Assembly (NCBI GenBank): GCA_036172245.1
Contig: JAYWIR010000060.1
Location: 496,001-560,000 of the forward strand
Source: Raillietiella orientalis
Taxonomy: Eukaryota
Direction: 5' to 3'
Length of the DNA: 64,000 nt
The position numbers and the translations under genes are program-made. The first letter of the stretch is position 1. Every line of letters begins with the position of its first letter. A model generated the notes under the pieces. The model made no database searches, was not told the origin of the DNA, and saw only the letters and a list, made by a program, of their open reading frames with translations. Below are positions 10,401 to 23,800 of this stretch, in pieces.

Positions 10401-13400
10401 GAGTGCCTGGTTGCCGTTGCTGCCGCACGTTGGTGGCGACCACCCCTTTTTCTTACCCTCGGGTCAATTCTTCATTCCACTGTTGTTGCCAACACGTTTG
10501 CTGCCTTCCTCTCCAGCTGTTCTGGAAGAACTCTCCTTGGTTCTTCCGGTGCGTTCAGGAACGGATCATTCCGAAAAGTGACCGATCTGCAGCGGTCATC
10601 ACGTCGCGCTTCGTATGCGATGTCCAGTCTTGCAGCGGTGCGGAATAGGCGTTCCAGCCCATAACGAACGGAAGTGGATCCTGGAGAGGTCGTTTTGTCC
10701 AAGGAAGGAGGTGACTTGAAGGTGTTGTTCCGCACTCCCTCTTCACCGATCTCGTGAGGCCTCGCTTGCGACCTGGAGAAGTGTCGTCGTTTCGGGTTCA
10801 CTTTCGGTGCAGTGCGCGTGGGCCCAAGCGGCTCTCGTGGTTCGCTCGCCACGTCCGTCGGGAGGATCGCCCGTTTCAGCAGCCTTCCGAGCGGCGGAAC
10901 GTCGGCCACCAGTGCTGCGTGTGATCTCTACGGGTCCACTCGCGTGCGGTCGGGCCGCGGTTTTCCTTCTTTTTTTTTTTTTTTCTTTTTTCCCCGCTCC
11001 AGGGAACTCTCCAGGTGTTCCGTCGGCTTGTTCGATGGTTCTGCGGCGGGATCCGTTCCGCGGCTCTCCCTGTGTTTCATGTGTCCTGGGGAATACTTTG
11101 CAGGAAGCCGCCGATCTGTGTGGCGGGAAGGGGGTAGGGGGAGGGTGCCCATGTGTCTGCGAAGCCTGTGAACGCGTCCCAGCCAGACGTTGTTCTTCCC
11201 TCCGGAGGTGGCGTCAAGGAACAACGGCTTCGCGGGCGGCGGCAGCTTCCCGCCTGCGTGCGAACGCGCGCTTCGCTTAGCTGCTAAGACTCCTGTCGTC
11301 TCTCTCTCTCTCTCCGTGGTGCGTGCGTATGCGGGACTCCGGCAAGTCTCTCTTCGCGGGCCGGACCGTGCGCACACTCTCCACCCCCTTCCTCCCCTGC
11401 TACACCACTCTGTGTGCCCCCCCCCCCTCCCGGGGAGGGGGGTGCGGAAAATTCCACGGTACCTACGGACGCTGGTGATTCTTGATTACCGTCCGGGGGT
11501 CATTTTCAAAACGAGTCACGGCTTCGCGCCAATAGGTCCCCGGGCTGTACTGCTTTGCCATCCCTCGTCCTTCCTTGTGTTCTTCCTCGCCTTCCGTTCG
11601 CCACGAGGTTGCGGAGTCACGTGGGTTTCTCTCCACTCCGAGGTAGCGCGGTGACCTCCCGGCCAAACGGATCCGTGCGGCATGGAAGTAGATAATTCGA
11701 AACTCCCCACCCACGGGGTCTCCCGCTTGCATTCCTTACTCCTGAAGTCATTCCTTCGAAGGGCCGGGGTTTCCCGGTACACGCCCACTGCGGTTGTATT
11801 TTGTTGGCGGTGTGTCGGATTTTGCCTTCCCTTCTGGATGCTTCCTTTTACTTCCGTGCCGCTTTGCTCCCGTCTCGGCAGTGCAGCGTCCTCCAAGCCA
11901 TCGTTGACCCCCCCGGAACTCACTTTCCCTTCCGTCCAGTTGGGCCTGGGACCGTGTTTTCTGCCCGACCGAGGAGGACTTCCCTCTTTTTCGCTTTTGT
12001 TTGCGATCCAGAGATTCCTTTTGCCTCTGCGCGGCAGGTTCGTTACAGCGCTCGGTCGGCATGCGGCTCGCCAGGTTTCCCAGGCAACGCCGAGTGTTTG
12101 CTCTGGAATCACCGAACCGGTTTTTGTTCCCGCTGCTTTTGCCGCGATCTCACAATAAGTGATTGATTGCCCTCCAGCGCGGAAGGGGATGCCCAGGGAG
12201 CGTCCGTTCCGACGCGCAGATTCATCAGTGACCATTGTGGCCGAAGCAGATAGCGAGGTGGGGGAGAGCGCATCGTGGTCCAGGGTTTCGGCAAGGAGTT
12301 CTGACCCCTCTCGCTCGAAGCAGTCGGCGTAATGCTGGCGGCGGCGCCGGCCCACGTTCTTCTCCCCCACCACGCGGCACCGTTTTGTCGCCGGCGCCAT
12401 CGCGCGTGTGCCGTGCAGGGGGAGGACAAAGCGTGGAGGGAGGGGTGGGGTGGGGTGTCGCTGGCTTTTTCCGCGGATGCATCGCTCTTTGCAAAGGATT
12501 TTTCTGCGGGAGCATGCCTTGGCATTCCTTGCGGAGAACTTCGGAAGGTCGAAGACCCATCCGAAGGAGAGGGGCTCGAAGAATTCGACAGGGGTGCCAT
12601 TCTTGCGATCATTTCGTAGGAAACAGAGGTTGGCAGGAGAATGGAGCAGCGGGAAATTCTTTCTCTGAAAGTCGAGCGCGGTTTTTCCATGTTCGGGAGT
12701 CCGAGGAGGGAAGAGGCTCGTGTCGGGTACACGTAGGTAGCGGCATGCGGGATCAGGTCGCTGGTGACGTCACCAAAGGATGGTTCGTGGGAAGCTGCGG
12801 ATGCAGGCCGTGCGCGGTGGCTCTTGAAGCGATTTCAGCCCGGCGTGGAAAGACCCTCTTCTATCCTTGCCTTTTGTTTTGTTTTTCTCTCTCTCTCTGC
12901 CCGGGGGTTCGAAACGCGAGCCACAAGCGTCAGAGAGATTCGAAAAGGAAATCCCGCGCGGAGGATGCATGCGGTCGTCGAGTCGTGGTCTCTGCAGACC
13001 CGCTCTTCTCCGGCGCGTCCTTTTCCCTGCAGGTGATTTACGTGTGATCCCTTGTCAAACGCACACCCGGATCTGCTTGACGTGTGGCGCGTATTTTCGT
13101 TCCGAGTGCGGTGATCAGAAAAACGACGAGGCACCCACGAGTGGTGCTTTTGCCTCTTGGCGAAATGGGAAGCACTTTGAAATGTTCACATGACGATGAC
13201 TGTTTCCAGGTTTTCCTCCTAGCGAAGAGCGCGTGAGTGCAGCTGGGAACGCCGACCATGCGCGCGCGCCCAGCCGGATCACGAACCTATTTACATACGT
13301 ACGCACATACATGCGTGTGAATATACGTAAAGGGCCAAGGAAAATTTGGGCCAGTGTCCACGCGCTCCTGAATTCGCGAGACGCTTCGACGTCGCACGAA

Positions 13401-16400
13401 AGGGAAACAGCGTTGCGCCAGTTCTCGCGCCAAGCGGCTTGGGGCGCTCGTCTTTTTCGCCTCTTGCGAGATCCGAGGGAAGGCGATGCCCCCCGGTCTT
13501 GTGGGGTGAAGCGGGCGATTCGTGGTGCACTCGTCGTCGCCTCGTGTCTTTGCCGGACCCTCCGCGCCGCGAGCAAGCGGTCCGGCTGCCTCTTGTGCGC
13601 CCCACGTATCCGTGGCAACAACAACCGCTAAGCAGCTGAAGCGGCCGAAAAATGAATTCTGTTGGTGGTGGCACGCTGTTGCTCGCAGGCTGCGCGATCC
13701 GTGCAGATCTACGCGCGCGCGTTCGAAATCTTTTTCTCCCTTCTTCGATGTGCTGCAGTCCGATCGCGTTTTGAAGGGGACGGCGGTTGAAGGGTGATGG
13801 ACGAGGCGACATCCGGCGGAACTCACCTTGCTTGCATCTCGCTGGGATCATTAGAAGCAGGGATTTGTCATTTGCTTCTTCGTCGGTCGAGCATAACCCT
13901 CCTATCTTGCCGCTTTCCTCTTAGGAAGTGTTCCCATTGCTTCGGCGCTTCCCCCACGACGAGCGCCTCCCAAAACCGAAGCCCGCCGCCGTGATGCGTC
14001 CACCATCCATACCACTCGTTTCGGTCGGCATCGTGGGTCGGTCGCCGCTCTTGCGTCAAACACGGCACACGGAATGTTGTCGCCTGGAAGGGGGCCGTCC
14101 GAAATTTCCCTCGTGTCTTGTGGTTCCCGCAAAAGTTGGCTGCTTGCGCCGGACCGCCAATTTATAAACACTCATCTTCGGGCATCTTCCGCGTCATTGC
14201 ATTTGATGACTTGGAAAATTGTGGCAAATCGAAGGAAATCTGTGCGACAGGCCATCTCCGCCATCTTTTCCCGCGTGGCGCCGCCGTCGACGGTGGGGGA
14301 ATCGGACACTAACGAAGTGTTCATGTCATTCTTCCTGGAGAAAGAGGGAACTGGATGAAAAAATTTTTCCGCCAGTGGTTGAGAGATTCATGGGCGGGCG
14401 AAGAGCACCAAATCAGCTACTACGTTGAGGGATGATTTCATCTTTCTCACGTGGACTGCTGCCGTTCCCCGGGTGCTCTTCAATGTTCGGCCTCTGGTGC
14501 GTCGGCTGGACAGCGTCCCGTACCAGCGGGACGCACCACCGGATCTCCTTTCTCCCTTCGTTCACAGGGAACACGACCGATGGGGAGCCGCGTTCGTCGT
14601 CATCGGCTTTGCTTTGGTGGGAGGGGACTCTGGCTTTCGGGCGCCCCCACCCAAGTCGAAGCCGTCCGAGTTAACGTGCGATGGAAGAGGCCTCGTCTGT
14701 ATGAAGCGATCTGTCTTTCTCACGGACCGTACTGAGATTTTGAATTTTGCGAGGAGGTGGACACGAACCGTCTCGCGAGCAAACGGATGGGCATCTGAAA
14801 AGCGAGAGAGATTCAGGATTTCCGAGAAGGGCGTCTCGGTAGCAGCTGCGTCATGAGTTTCGGCAGAGTCGCCACTTTTCCTCCGCATGTGATCGATGGC
14901 TTCGTTCTCCCTTGCCTCTTCGTCTATCTCTGCATCTCTTCCCGTGGCGTTTCTGTTGCCGGAGACTCCATTGCAAAACCCTCGTCCGAGATTCCGGGGG
15001 CACTTCGCGTCCCCGCGCCTCCCCAGCGCTTTCACGCCCCACGGAGCCGTCCGTAAAGCCCGTCAGTGAGACGCGCGGTGCTCGCCTATCTTTTTGACGC
15101 TGCGCTCGCTCGCGGTGTACGTCTTCGCTACATCGGGGAAGCTTGGCGTTTTCGGCGAAATCCGTCCCTGCTCCTGTGTCTGTCCCCCACTTCCTTTTCC
15201 AGTGAACCTCTGACTCTCTACCCTCGTTCGGCCCCTCTCGCTGATTTAAGAAAGCCAGCCCCGAAGGACTCTTGGAACGGAGAAGCAAGGGTGTCGTCTG
15301 CTTGCCTTCCCAGGCCAGCACCTGTCTGTTTCTTTTCACCCTTTTTAAAGCCAGAGTGCAACCAGAAGAACGCACCAACCGGAACTCCTTTCTTGCAACC
15401 AGGGGGAAAGGGTCGCTTCCCTCCCCCACCTTTCTCAGTGACTTCGAATCGTTTCCCGGAGCATCCGCGAAGTGTTCGGTGTTTGCGCGTTCTGGCCTTC
15501 TCAGTCCGGGTTGGGTTCGCTGGCATGTGTTCCATTCGTCGCCAGGCAACCGGGCGGCGTTACCTGATTTCGCCATCTTCCGTGGGCTTCCACGTTCTCG
15601 GAGCTTCCTGCCACGTTTGGTTTCTCGCTCCCGGTTTACCCCGTCTTGCGCTTTCCCCTTGGGCGAACATTCGCTCTTCCTTCCTAAAACGTTGGGGGGG
15701 CCAACCCGTTTCCGTGACGACCTCTCGCTCGTCGTTCTTGCTGAGCACGTAGGAAGTCGCCGATTCCTCCTAGCCTGTGCCGAAGCCATCCGCGCGGCAA
15801 TTCTTCTGCCTCTGCGGAAGAGAGTTTCCAGAATGCATTGCATCCGCCCTTCTCGCCCACTACCGGCTTTGCGAGCGTCTCCGCTGCCGTTCGGACCCGG
15901 GGGCGGCGAGCAGCCGGGTGTGTCCCTCGTCTCGGATGTCTGCCTCGTCCGGTTCACGCGAACGGGGCTCGCCCGCTGCGCCCCTCTCCGAGGTCGCGCA
16001 GCGAAAGTGCGAGACGGCACGGATGAAAAGGTGCACTGGAAGAAACGGAGGAGGCGCTTTGCTTCTCCGAATGCGCAGGGAGCAGAAAGAAGGAAGGGAG
16101 GGAGCGCGAAGAAAGGAATTTCGAGACGGAGATTCTCAGCAACCGGCGGCACTTCACGACCTGATGCCGTCTCTCGGAGCGGGGTCCTTGTTGCCCGCGC
16201 GACCGGGGTTTTTCGGACCTTGGGAAGGATTCCCCGGTGTCGCCAGGCACCCGGGCGACGGATCCGCGGTCCGCTTCGGCATTACGATCAGTCGCCACCG
16301 ACGACTGATCGTACTGCGTTCGAATGTCGTTTCCGCTCGTCCACTAGTGGACTTCGTGGCCGAGGGGCAGGGAAGGAATGGGCGCCTCTCCGGCGCAACT

Positions 16401-19400
16401 CCCGAGAGGAGGAAGTCTCGGAGGGCACGCCCTCTGCATTGATCCGGCGCAGTCTCCGAACGCTGACGGAAGAAGGGGTGCGCTGCCCAGAGCAGGTACC
16501 AACGGACTGGGTGGGCATCCAGACTTGGAGAAAGCACGTGTTCCGCTCGCGTGTTCGCGTGGTGCTTTCCCTCCCTCAAGAACTCTGGATGGCCATCGGA
16601 ATCGAAGGGAAGAAGAATAGGAAGAAAGGCAAAGTTCGCGTTGCGGATGCGTGGCAACCTTCGCAAGGAGGCTCGCGTCGCGAAAGATCGACTTTCCGTC
16701 GTCATGGTACGAGAAGATGCGCGAGTTGCGCAACGCTGCCGCGAAGTATATCCGTTGAAAGTTTTCGCGTGATGGCGTGCGCCTTCGGTTTCAGCAGCAT
16801 ATTCTGTTTTGTTTCCCCCTTGGGGGACGACGCGCGCGACTTTCTGCCTTGTACTTTTTGGCGGCAGCAGGGGGGCATCCGGAATTTGTGTGAGTTCTTC
16901 TTCACCGCTGTTACACTTTCGAAGGTCACTGTTACACTTTGAAGATCGCTTCCGAGCTGCCTGCCCGTCAAAGTGCTGCTGGGGCGCTCCGACGATTTGC
17001 AGATTCCGTTTTGCTGTTTTTTGTGGAGGGAACCACGAGGCGCACAAGAGGAAACTCGCGTGGATTGTACGCTAAATACTGTACGCTAAATACTGTGGAT
17101 TCGTTCGCCTCCCGAGGTCTGAAAAAACGTTGCGGAATTTCGTCGAAGATTTTTGCTGGCGACTCCTTCATTGGTGGTGCGGTTGCCGCGCATCCGTCGC
17201 CGCGGTTTCGAAGCGACCACGGACCATTTTTTCGCGAAATGGCCAGGGATACGGCCAGGGAGTCGAGCAGTTCGTTGTTCTGGCCCTGGTGCCCCTGCGC
17301 GTAGCTGTTGCCACCCTTTTCCGGGGAGCGCACACCGAATGTGTGTGTTTGCACGGCTGGTCTTTGAAAGCCACCGGAGGCTGTGGGAGATGGCTCGCAG
17401 CTTCCCGTCAGCACCCGTTCCGTGGTACGCCTCCTCCTGCGCCCGCCGTTTCAAGCCGATTCGGCTTCTCCATTCTTCGCAGTGGAGCGAAATTCTTGCC
17501 CCTTCAGAAGAGCAGGTTCGCGGAGGCAGAGGTGCACGAGGTTGCGGCCGGATGCGAGGCTCGATAATTAGAATTTAGTGTCGAGTACGAGGAAACGAAA
17601 AAAGAGGTCACGGTGTGCTGCCATCGGGTCTCTCATCAGCAACCGTTTTGATTTGCGTCTCTGTTGCTCTTCGGAGAAAGAAGCGCGCGGGACATCGGGA
17701 GCGGAGAGCGGCGCTGGAACGCGATGGGGAAATTGCCCTCCCTCCTCCCCCCCCCCGAAAGGAAAGAAAAAAAAAAAAAGCTAGGAAAAAATTGGTGGCC
17801 GTGGGCGCAATCGTCTCTTTTGATTCCCAGCGTTCTTTCGGGTTGCTTTCTGGTTGATTGCGTAGTGATGACGTAGGAAAGCCTTCCTTCATGTCAGCTG
17901 CCCGGACTTTTTGTGCGAGGAGTTCTGCACGAAGGGTCATCCGCTGAAATTTCTCTCCGCTCATCAAAGTGGTAGATGGGAATTACCGTGGCTCGACTGA
18001 CAGCAGCAAAGTGAACTTTTCGCGAGCGCCAGCTTAGGCTGTTGGCTCCCCGTTTTGCATATCCACGGCCCACCTTGTCCCGAAGAGGCAGGCCTTCTTT
18101 TCCGCGGCAAGAACACCGTAGTGCTGGCCGAGCACAGGACGCTGTTTGCCGGTCTCCTCAGGGAAGGCCTGCGTGGTGTTGCGAGTCGCTGTAGCCGCAG
18201 GTCGACCATGGAAGAAGGAGAGTGAACCGAACTTTTCTCCCGACGGAGTTTGCGAAAAGAGGCAAGGAGTCCCGATCCGATCCAGTTTCAGGTGTCGGCG
18301 TGGAAGGATTTGAGAAGCCAGCCCGTGGTTGACATGGGTCAGTAAGACCCCGCAGGCAGACACCGAGGCGCTCCGTGCGAACGCAGGATTGAGTTGTGCA
18401 GCGGCCTCTTGCGGAGCAGTTTGGCTCATCGGAAGCTGGAAGAAGACGGTCGGGACGGCAGCGAAGGTCGTCTTGTCCGGAGTCAGCCGGATGCCTAAGG
18501 GGTGCCGAGTTGCATCCCCCTTTGCTGCCACACATTGCGCGTTACGCGGTCGGAGCGCTGGAGGGGCACATGTCCGCCGAAGCATGAAGGCATTGCAGTC
18601 CAATCATCCGATGCTGCTTGTGTGTTTGTCGATGCGGAGGCGGAGGTGGGTCCGGCCGCCGGAACTTCCTGCTGACTTCGACGAAGCCAGAACGCTGCAG
18701 ACAGCGCCCTACGGCTTCGGCGAAGAATTCGATTTCACGTGTGGCGTTAATTGGGATCGCCAGCGATTCCATCAGGACTGTCGGGGGACGGCGCTCTTCC
18801 TCGTTTCCCCGTGGAAAGCGTGGTATGTGGTCGGATGCGGGTGGGTCGGAGACCGCGATTCGGCACGCTGAAAGACGGAGCCGAGACACGCTTTTCTGCT
18901 CCCGCGACGCGAACATCCGGTGTACGATGGCGGGACCTTTTTCTGTACAAAGGCGAGGTCATTTTGTTTAGCCGCCAGCGAGTACCTTTCGCGTTCGGCG
19001 CCGCGAGCGCCCTCGCCGTGGCCCGCAGCAGGGACCCAGCTGCCCTTCCGGGGGCTGCTGCGCCCACAAAAGCCGAAGAGATGCGGCCAGAATCCGTTCT
19101 CGAATTTTCAAGGTCCTGAGGAGCGATGACGACGTGTTTTTTAATGACGGCAGCGGTGCAACCCTTCTTGGCGCTTTTCTTGTCAACAGCACGAAACACC
19201 CAGAAAGCTGCGCTCCGGTCCGAGTTGCATTCCAAAGCAGAATTGACGGCTCTCCTTCGAGTTTTTAGCATCTTCTCGCTCCCCTCTGTAATTAGTCCCA
19301 TGTCCTAAATGTGTCCGGAATCTTCGCGAAGTTTCCTTCATCACAGGGTTGCCAGATGCGGTTTTCTTTCGATTGAAACTTCTGGTCGTGCACTTCCGTT

Positions 19401-20618
19401 TCCCACCCCGAGTCCGGCGGTTCCGAACGTCTCCTGCGTTCCCCCTGCTTTGATGCGGGGCCTCGTCCCTGTGACTAATTGACCTGCGGGAGTCCCCCAT
19501 GTTCCACGCGTGGAAGAGAGGACTCGATCTGTCCGTGCGTGAGCGTCTCATCCGTCTAACTGATCGGTCCGATTTCCAGGGCAGCGCTCCTCGGAAGAAC
19601 TTCGGTGCAGACGTTTGAAAGTGGGGGTTGCAGCGAAGCCGTGGTGCACGGAAGATAAGCGCCGCGAGACCGTTCGGTCATTCGTCCCCCCCTCCCCTCC
19701 CCTCCCCCAATTGGGAGCCGAAAGTCGGGAAAAAGCCGAAGCGCTGTTTTCGACGGCAGCACGGCGTTTCTCACACCTCGAGGAAAAAGAAAGCGGCCGC
19801 AAAGTGTGGACGATGTGGATACGCGGTTGCGAATTTTTCTGCGATGGAAAACCCATATAAACGCCGGCATTCGTTAGAGGAAAGAGAATGACCTGCTGTA
19901 AAAAAAAACACTTGCGGTGAAAGCGGTGGCGCTCGTTAAGGTGCCGTATCACAGGAATGAGAAGTACGAGCGATTTTTTTTTTTTTTTTTTTTTCCCCCT
20001 CCCTGCCTTTTGATTTAGGGGAGATCGGCGTGCCACGTGAATCCCGTGCTGCTGGAATGGATCGCGTGTTTGCACGCTCGGATGCTTCCGGGCTGGAAAA
20101 CGGCGGAGCGATTCTTTCTGCGCTTTCGGGTCAAACCCAGCAGTCCAAGAAGGCTGGAAAGTGCTCGTGGCCAAGTCATCCTGGCAGTTGACCCTGGTAG
20201 TTTAACGTTCGCGAAGGATTTCCCATGCGAAAATTCGCATGTCTGGCCAGCTTGGTGCGTGGTTGCGGTGGGCGAGACCCCCCAGGGCATCAGGTTCGCG
20301 GCTGCCCGCGCGTTCCTGGCCAGGAAGTGAGTTCCCCTTGCCCGTGCAGAACTCTGCCGAGAGGTTGTCGGCATTCGGTCATCGGCAAAAATCGTCCATT
20401 CAAAAGGCGATCCTTTGCGAAGCATCGCTGGCGTTTCCTCCCCGGGAAATGCCGCCGCCACGGGGAACGGTGATTTTCGAGGCAGCGGTGCCCGGTGACT
20501 GCTATTTCGTTCGTATGTGGAAACCGCTGGTCAGGAGGGCACGGAGGTGCTGCTTGTGGCTGAATGTTCCCGCCGCGGCCCGGGTTCGCTGTTAACGTGT
20601 GTTGTTCTCTTCGACCAG

Positions 20619-20807
20619 GTCATCCCCGAAGATCCTTTCTGGGTGCCGTCCACCGAGGAAGAATACGAGCACTACGGAGCGAAGGCGGACAGCGTGAATC
20701 GCGCCAGGAAATACATGAACATGGTCCGGAGGAGGAAGGGACTTCCTACGGACGAGAAGCTCGTGGAATTCGGCGAGAAGCAGAGGACGCTGACCCGAAT
20801 GAAATGA
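20619..20807 (+). CDS. EFL1: EFL1 terminal coding exon
   Basis: [62 protein letters not shown], the EFL1-type C-terminus (DPFWVP.TEEE, RRRKGL, EKQRTL); phase-0 acceptor joins HWE|VIP. Confidence 0.93.
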   Translation, partial: VIPEDPFWVPSTEEEYEHYGAKADSVNRARKYMNMVRRRKGLPTDEKLVEFGEKQRTLTRMK

Positions 20808-23800
20808 TAAGTGCGTCCAATATTCCGATGCATCCACAAGGAAGCGGTTCTTTCGTGTTTTGTCGTGTGCATTTCGAGCTTCGACTATGCCATTTCAGTG
20901 TTCCTTTGTGTGGTGCTCCCATTTTTTTGTATTTAGAAACATGCAGTTTTTTTTTTTTTTTTTTCTTTTACGATCTATTTTAATGATGTTTTTTTTTTTT
21001 TTTTTTCCTTTTTCTTCTTCTTCTTCCATTGCTTTTATATTCAGCAGTGTGACAGAGATGGCACAAGACCCAATGCGAGAAAGCAGTTCACCTTTTACTC
21101 CGGCCTCAAGCTAGGGTGCAGAAAGCTGTGGCAGTCACCGAATCGACCGTCTCGTGTCGCCAGTTTGCACGTCAGAGGTTGGACACGTTTGTGCCCCTCG
21201 TCACCCTTTACAACATGCTCGAAAATAGAGAGAAGCAAACGTCACAAGAACGAGTTTCTTTCATTTTATTTCATTTTCTTCCCCGCTTATTCCTGCTCGC
21301 AAAGACTGCACTCGAGTTCGTGACTTAACATTTATCTGCCCTTGACCTTACCACTCGCCCGAAGACCAATCGCCACGCAGATCTGAATTCATGTCGTGGA
21401 TATTCATTCTGCCTACGATTCGTACACTTTCGTAAACACAGCGGAAATGTGCCGCGTTTGCCCGACTCGCTCGCGAGCTCTTTCAGCAGCCAGGGTGTGG
21501 ATGGGAAACGACTGCAGAGAGCATCATCGGGCCGTTGATGGGATGGATGACCTCGCCAGTAGCACGATTCTTATGATTCCAAGTTTCGAATACACACCGG
21601 GAGGGAGCGGCCAAATGGGAAACATCGGGCATTCGCGGCGACCGTAAAGCCGGGAGTTCGGGCGTCCCCTGAGATCTGCAAAAAGTTGGTACTCTGCGCC
21701 TCTTCTCACCTTGCAGGGAGAGGAACATTTCCGTGGGAACTTCCTCGACAAGTTCAGTGCTGTTCCACCCAAAAAGGGCAAGAATAAGAATAAGAACAAT
21801 AAATGATGTAGAAAAAAGAGAGGGGGGGGGGGAAACGAGCAGGTACTCCTTCAGGTTCCTTGGAACGGTCTGCCTCACTTCTTTTAACGCTTTCCTCATT
21901 CACTGAAAGACATTTTTGCTTGATACTCTTCCTGTGTTGTTGACACTTCCGATCGTTGACTTGCGGAGTACATTGGATTGAAACACGGATGCCCCGATCT
22001 GCGTCGAACCATTCCGACGCAAGAATTCCTCATCTGACGGGGAGGCGACTGTCCAAGACTCCGTCCGCCTCGTGTGTCCACATCGTCACTCGCCTTGGAG
22101 CGTCCTGCACGCTTCTTGTAGGAATCTGTGGGAGGCACCTACAGATTCCCAGCAAGGATCCGAATTTTCGGTCGATGTGTTCTTCCAGCCCGGGCAGAGT
22201 TCCTTGAGAGTCTTTGCCGGGACATTGCTAACGATTCTGCAGCTGGGCGAGAGCTCTCTGCAAGGAAGACATGGCCACGCATCCTTCCCCTTTCCCAGTT
22301 GAGCATCCCCTGAACGAAGTGACAGTCGGAAGACTGTGCACGCACCCGTTGGGGGGGTGGGGGGGAGCGATCATCCTCGATTGGAGGGGGGGGGGGGGGA
22401 AATGATGGAGATGCCCGAATTAGATGACGGGAAGACTCACCATTACCGTCGGTATCGTGCGGAGTATAAAGTGAGAAGTGAGCCAGAAAGCTTGGCAGCG
22501 CGGTGCCTGCGTACGACCGGATCCGGAAGGGAGAAAAATCGCTGGTGACGAAAGAGAGGCTGACAGAGACAGCGAGAGAGGGGTTCCGTGGCCCAACCGA
22601 CTCCCTCAAGCATGGGGGCGACGAATTGCGGTCCCTTCGGAAGAGAAACTTTCTCTTCCTCCTTCCCTTGCTGCCCGCTCTCCCGTATTGTCAAACAACG
22701 CGGAGGTTGTTCACTTCCTCCAGCAGACGTGGGGTCCTCGCAGGCGTTGTTTTGTCTGCCCACCTGCGGTGGGTGCAGGGTTGGGGGTGCCTTCGCGTGC
22801 GCGCCCCTCGGCAGTGCGGGGATCTCCAGCGTCGCGGAGGGCCAAGTCCGAGGTCGACGGGTCGCTTCTTCCGGAGAGTTCGTTGGTTCCACCGCTCGGT
22901 ATGACCCTCTGGCGTTCGGAACCGCGAGCCTTCTCCCAGAATTATACGGCGTGGCCAAGCGGTCAGGGATGAACTGTCGGAGTTGGCCGGGACGCTTTTT
23001 TGTTTGAGGGGAAGGGGTGTGTGTGAGTCTCCGGGTCTTGCAAGACCTCTCTATCTCTCCCCTTCTACCTTCCGTGAATACCACGTGATTCCCCACCTTC
23101 GCTTCCCGGCTCCCCTGTCGGTGCTGTTGGCGTAGCGGCGTCGCTCTTCAACGGTGATCTCCGCGTGCTAGGTCGGTCGCCATCGCTCCCGGCGTCGGGG
23201 AGCAACGCCGATCCATCTTGGGTTCAGGAAACCCTCTCGGAAGGAGTCAGCGAATGGAAGGAAATCGTTATGGGGCTGACCCGCCGGCGGGCCCCGAGCG
23301 GCCTCGCACTGCCTGTCGCCACCTCAGCCGAAACATCAAGAAACGACGCAGTCGCCTCCTCGCGCTCCTCCCTTGCCGACGTCAACGTGCGTCGCCGCGA
23401 AACCTGCGGCCACCTCCCTCCGGAGGCTTCATCTCAGTTGCGCAGCGTCGGAGAGCTGCATCGTCAGAGGAGGGGGAGGCATTTGCGTGCAACCGTGGCC
23501 GTGCTCTTGGTCGGGTCATCCGGCTTGCTGCCAGAGAGACCTGCCGAATGACAAGGTGCGCAAACTTTGGACGGGGACCCGAGCGATCTCTGGCACGCCG
23601 GCCGGACCGAACTCTGCTCGTTGCGCAAGAGCTTTGCAGCGCAGGACCTGCCCTTTGCTTCCCAGCGCCTCTCTTCGAGGGACAGGACAGAGGCCGAACA
23701 CGCCTTCCAATTCGTGACGTTCCGGTGGAGACCAGGGGAGCGAGAACTTGAGACCGTCGGAAGTGCGGGAGGGGCTCCGACCATCACGCTGAGGAGACGC

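Noticed and set aside
10472..12732. Protein-looking minus-strand ORFs at 10472-10909 and 12109-12732
   Set aside because: No recognisable motif or consistent splice model; cannot be separated from GC-rich chance ORFs
14851..16942. Long overlapping ORFs (433 aa minus, 556 aa plus)
   Set aside because: Arg/Pro/Ser/Gly-rich, no domains, open on both strands; expected in stop-poor GC-rich DNA
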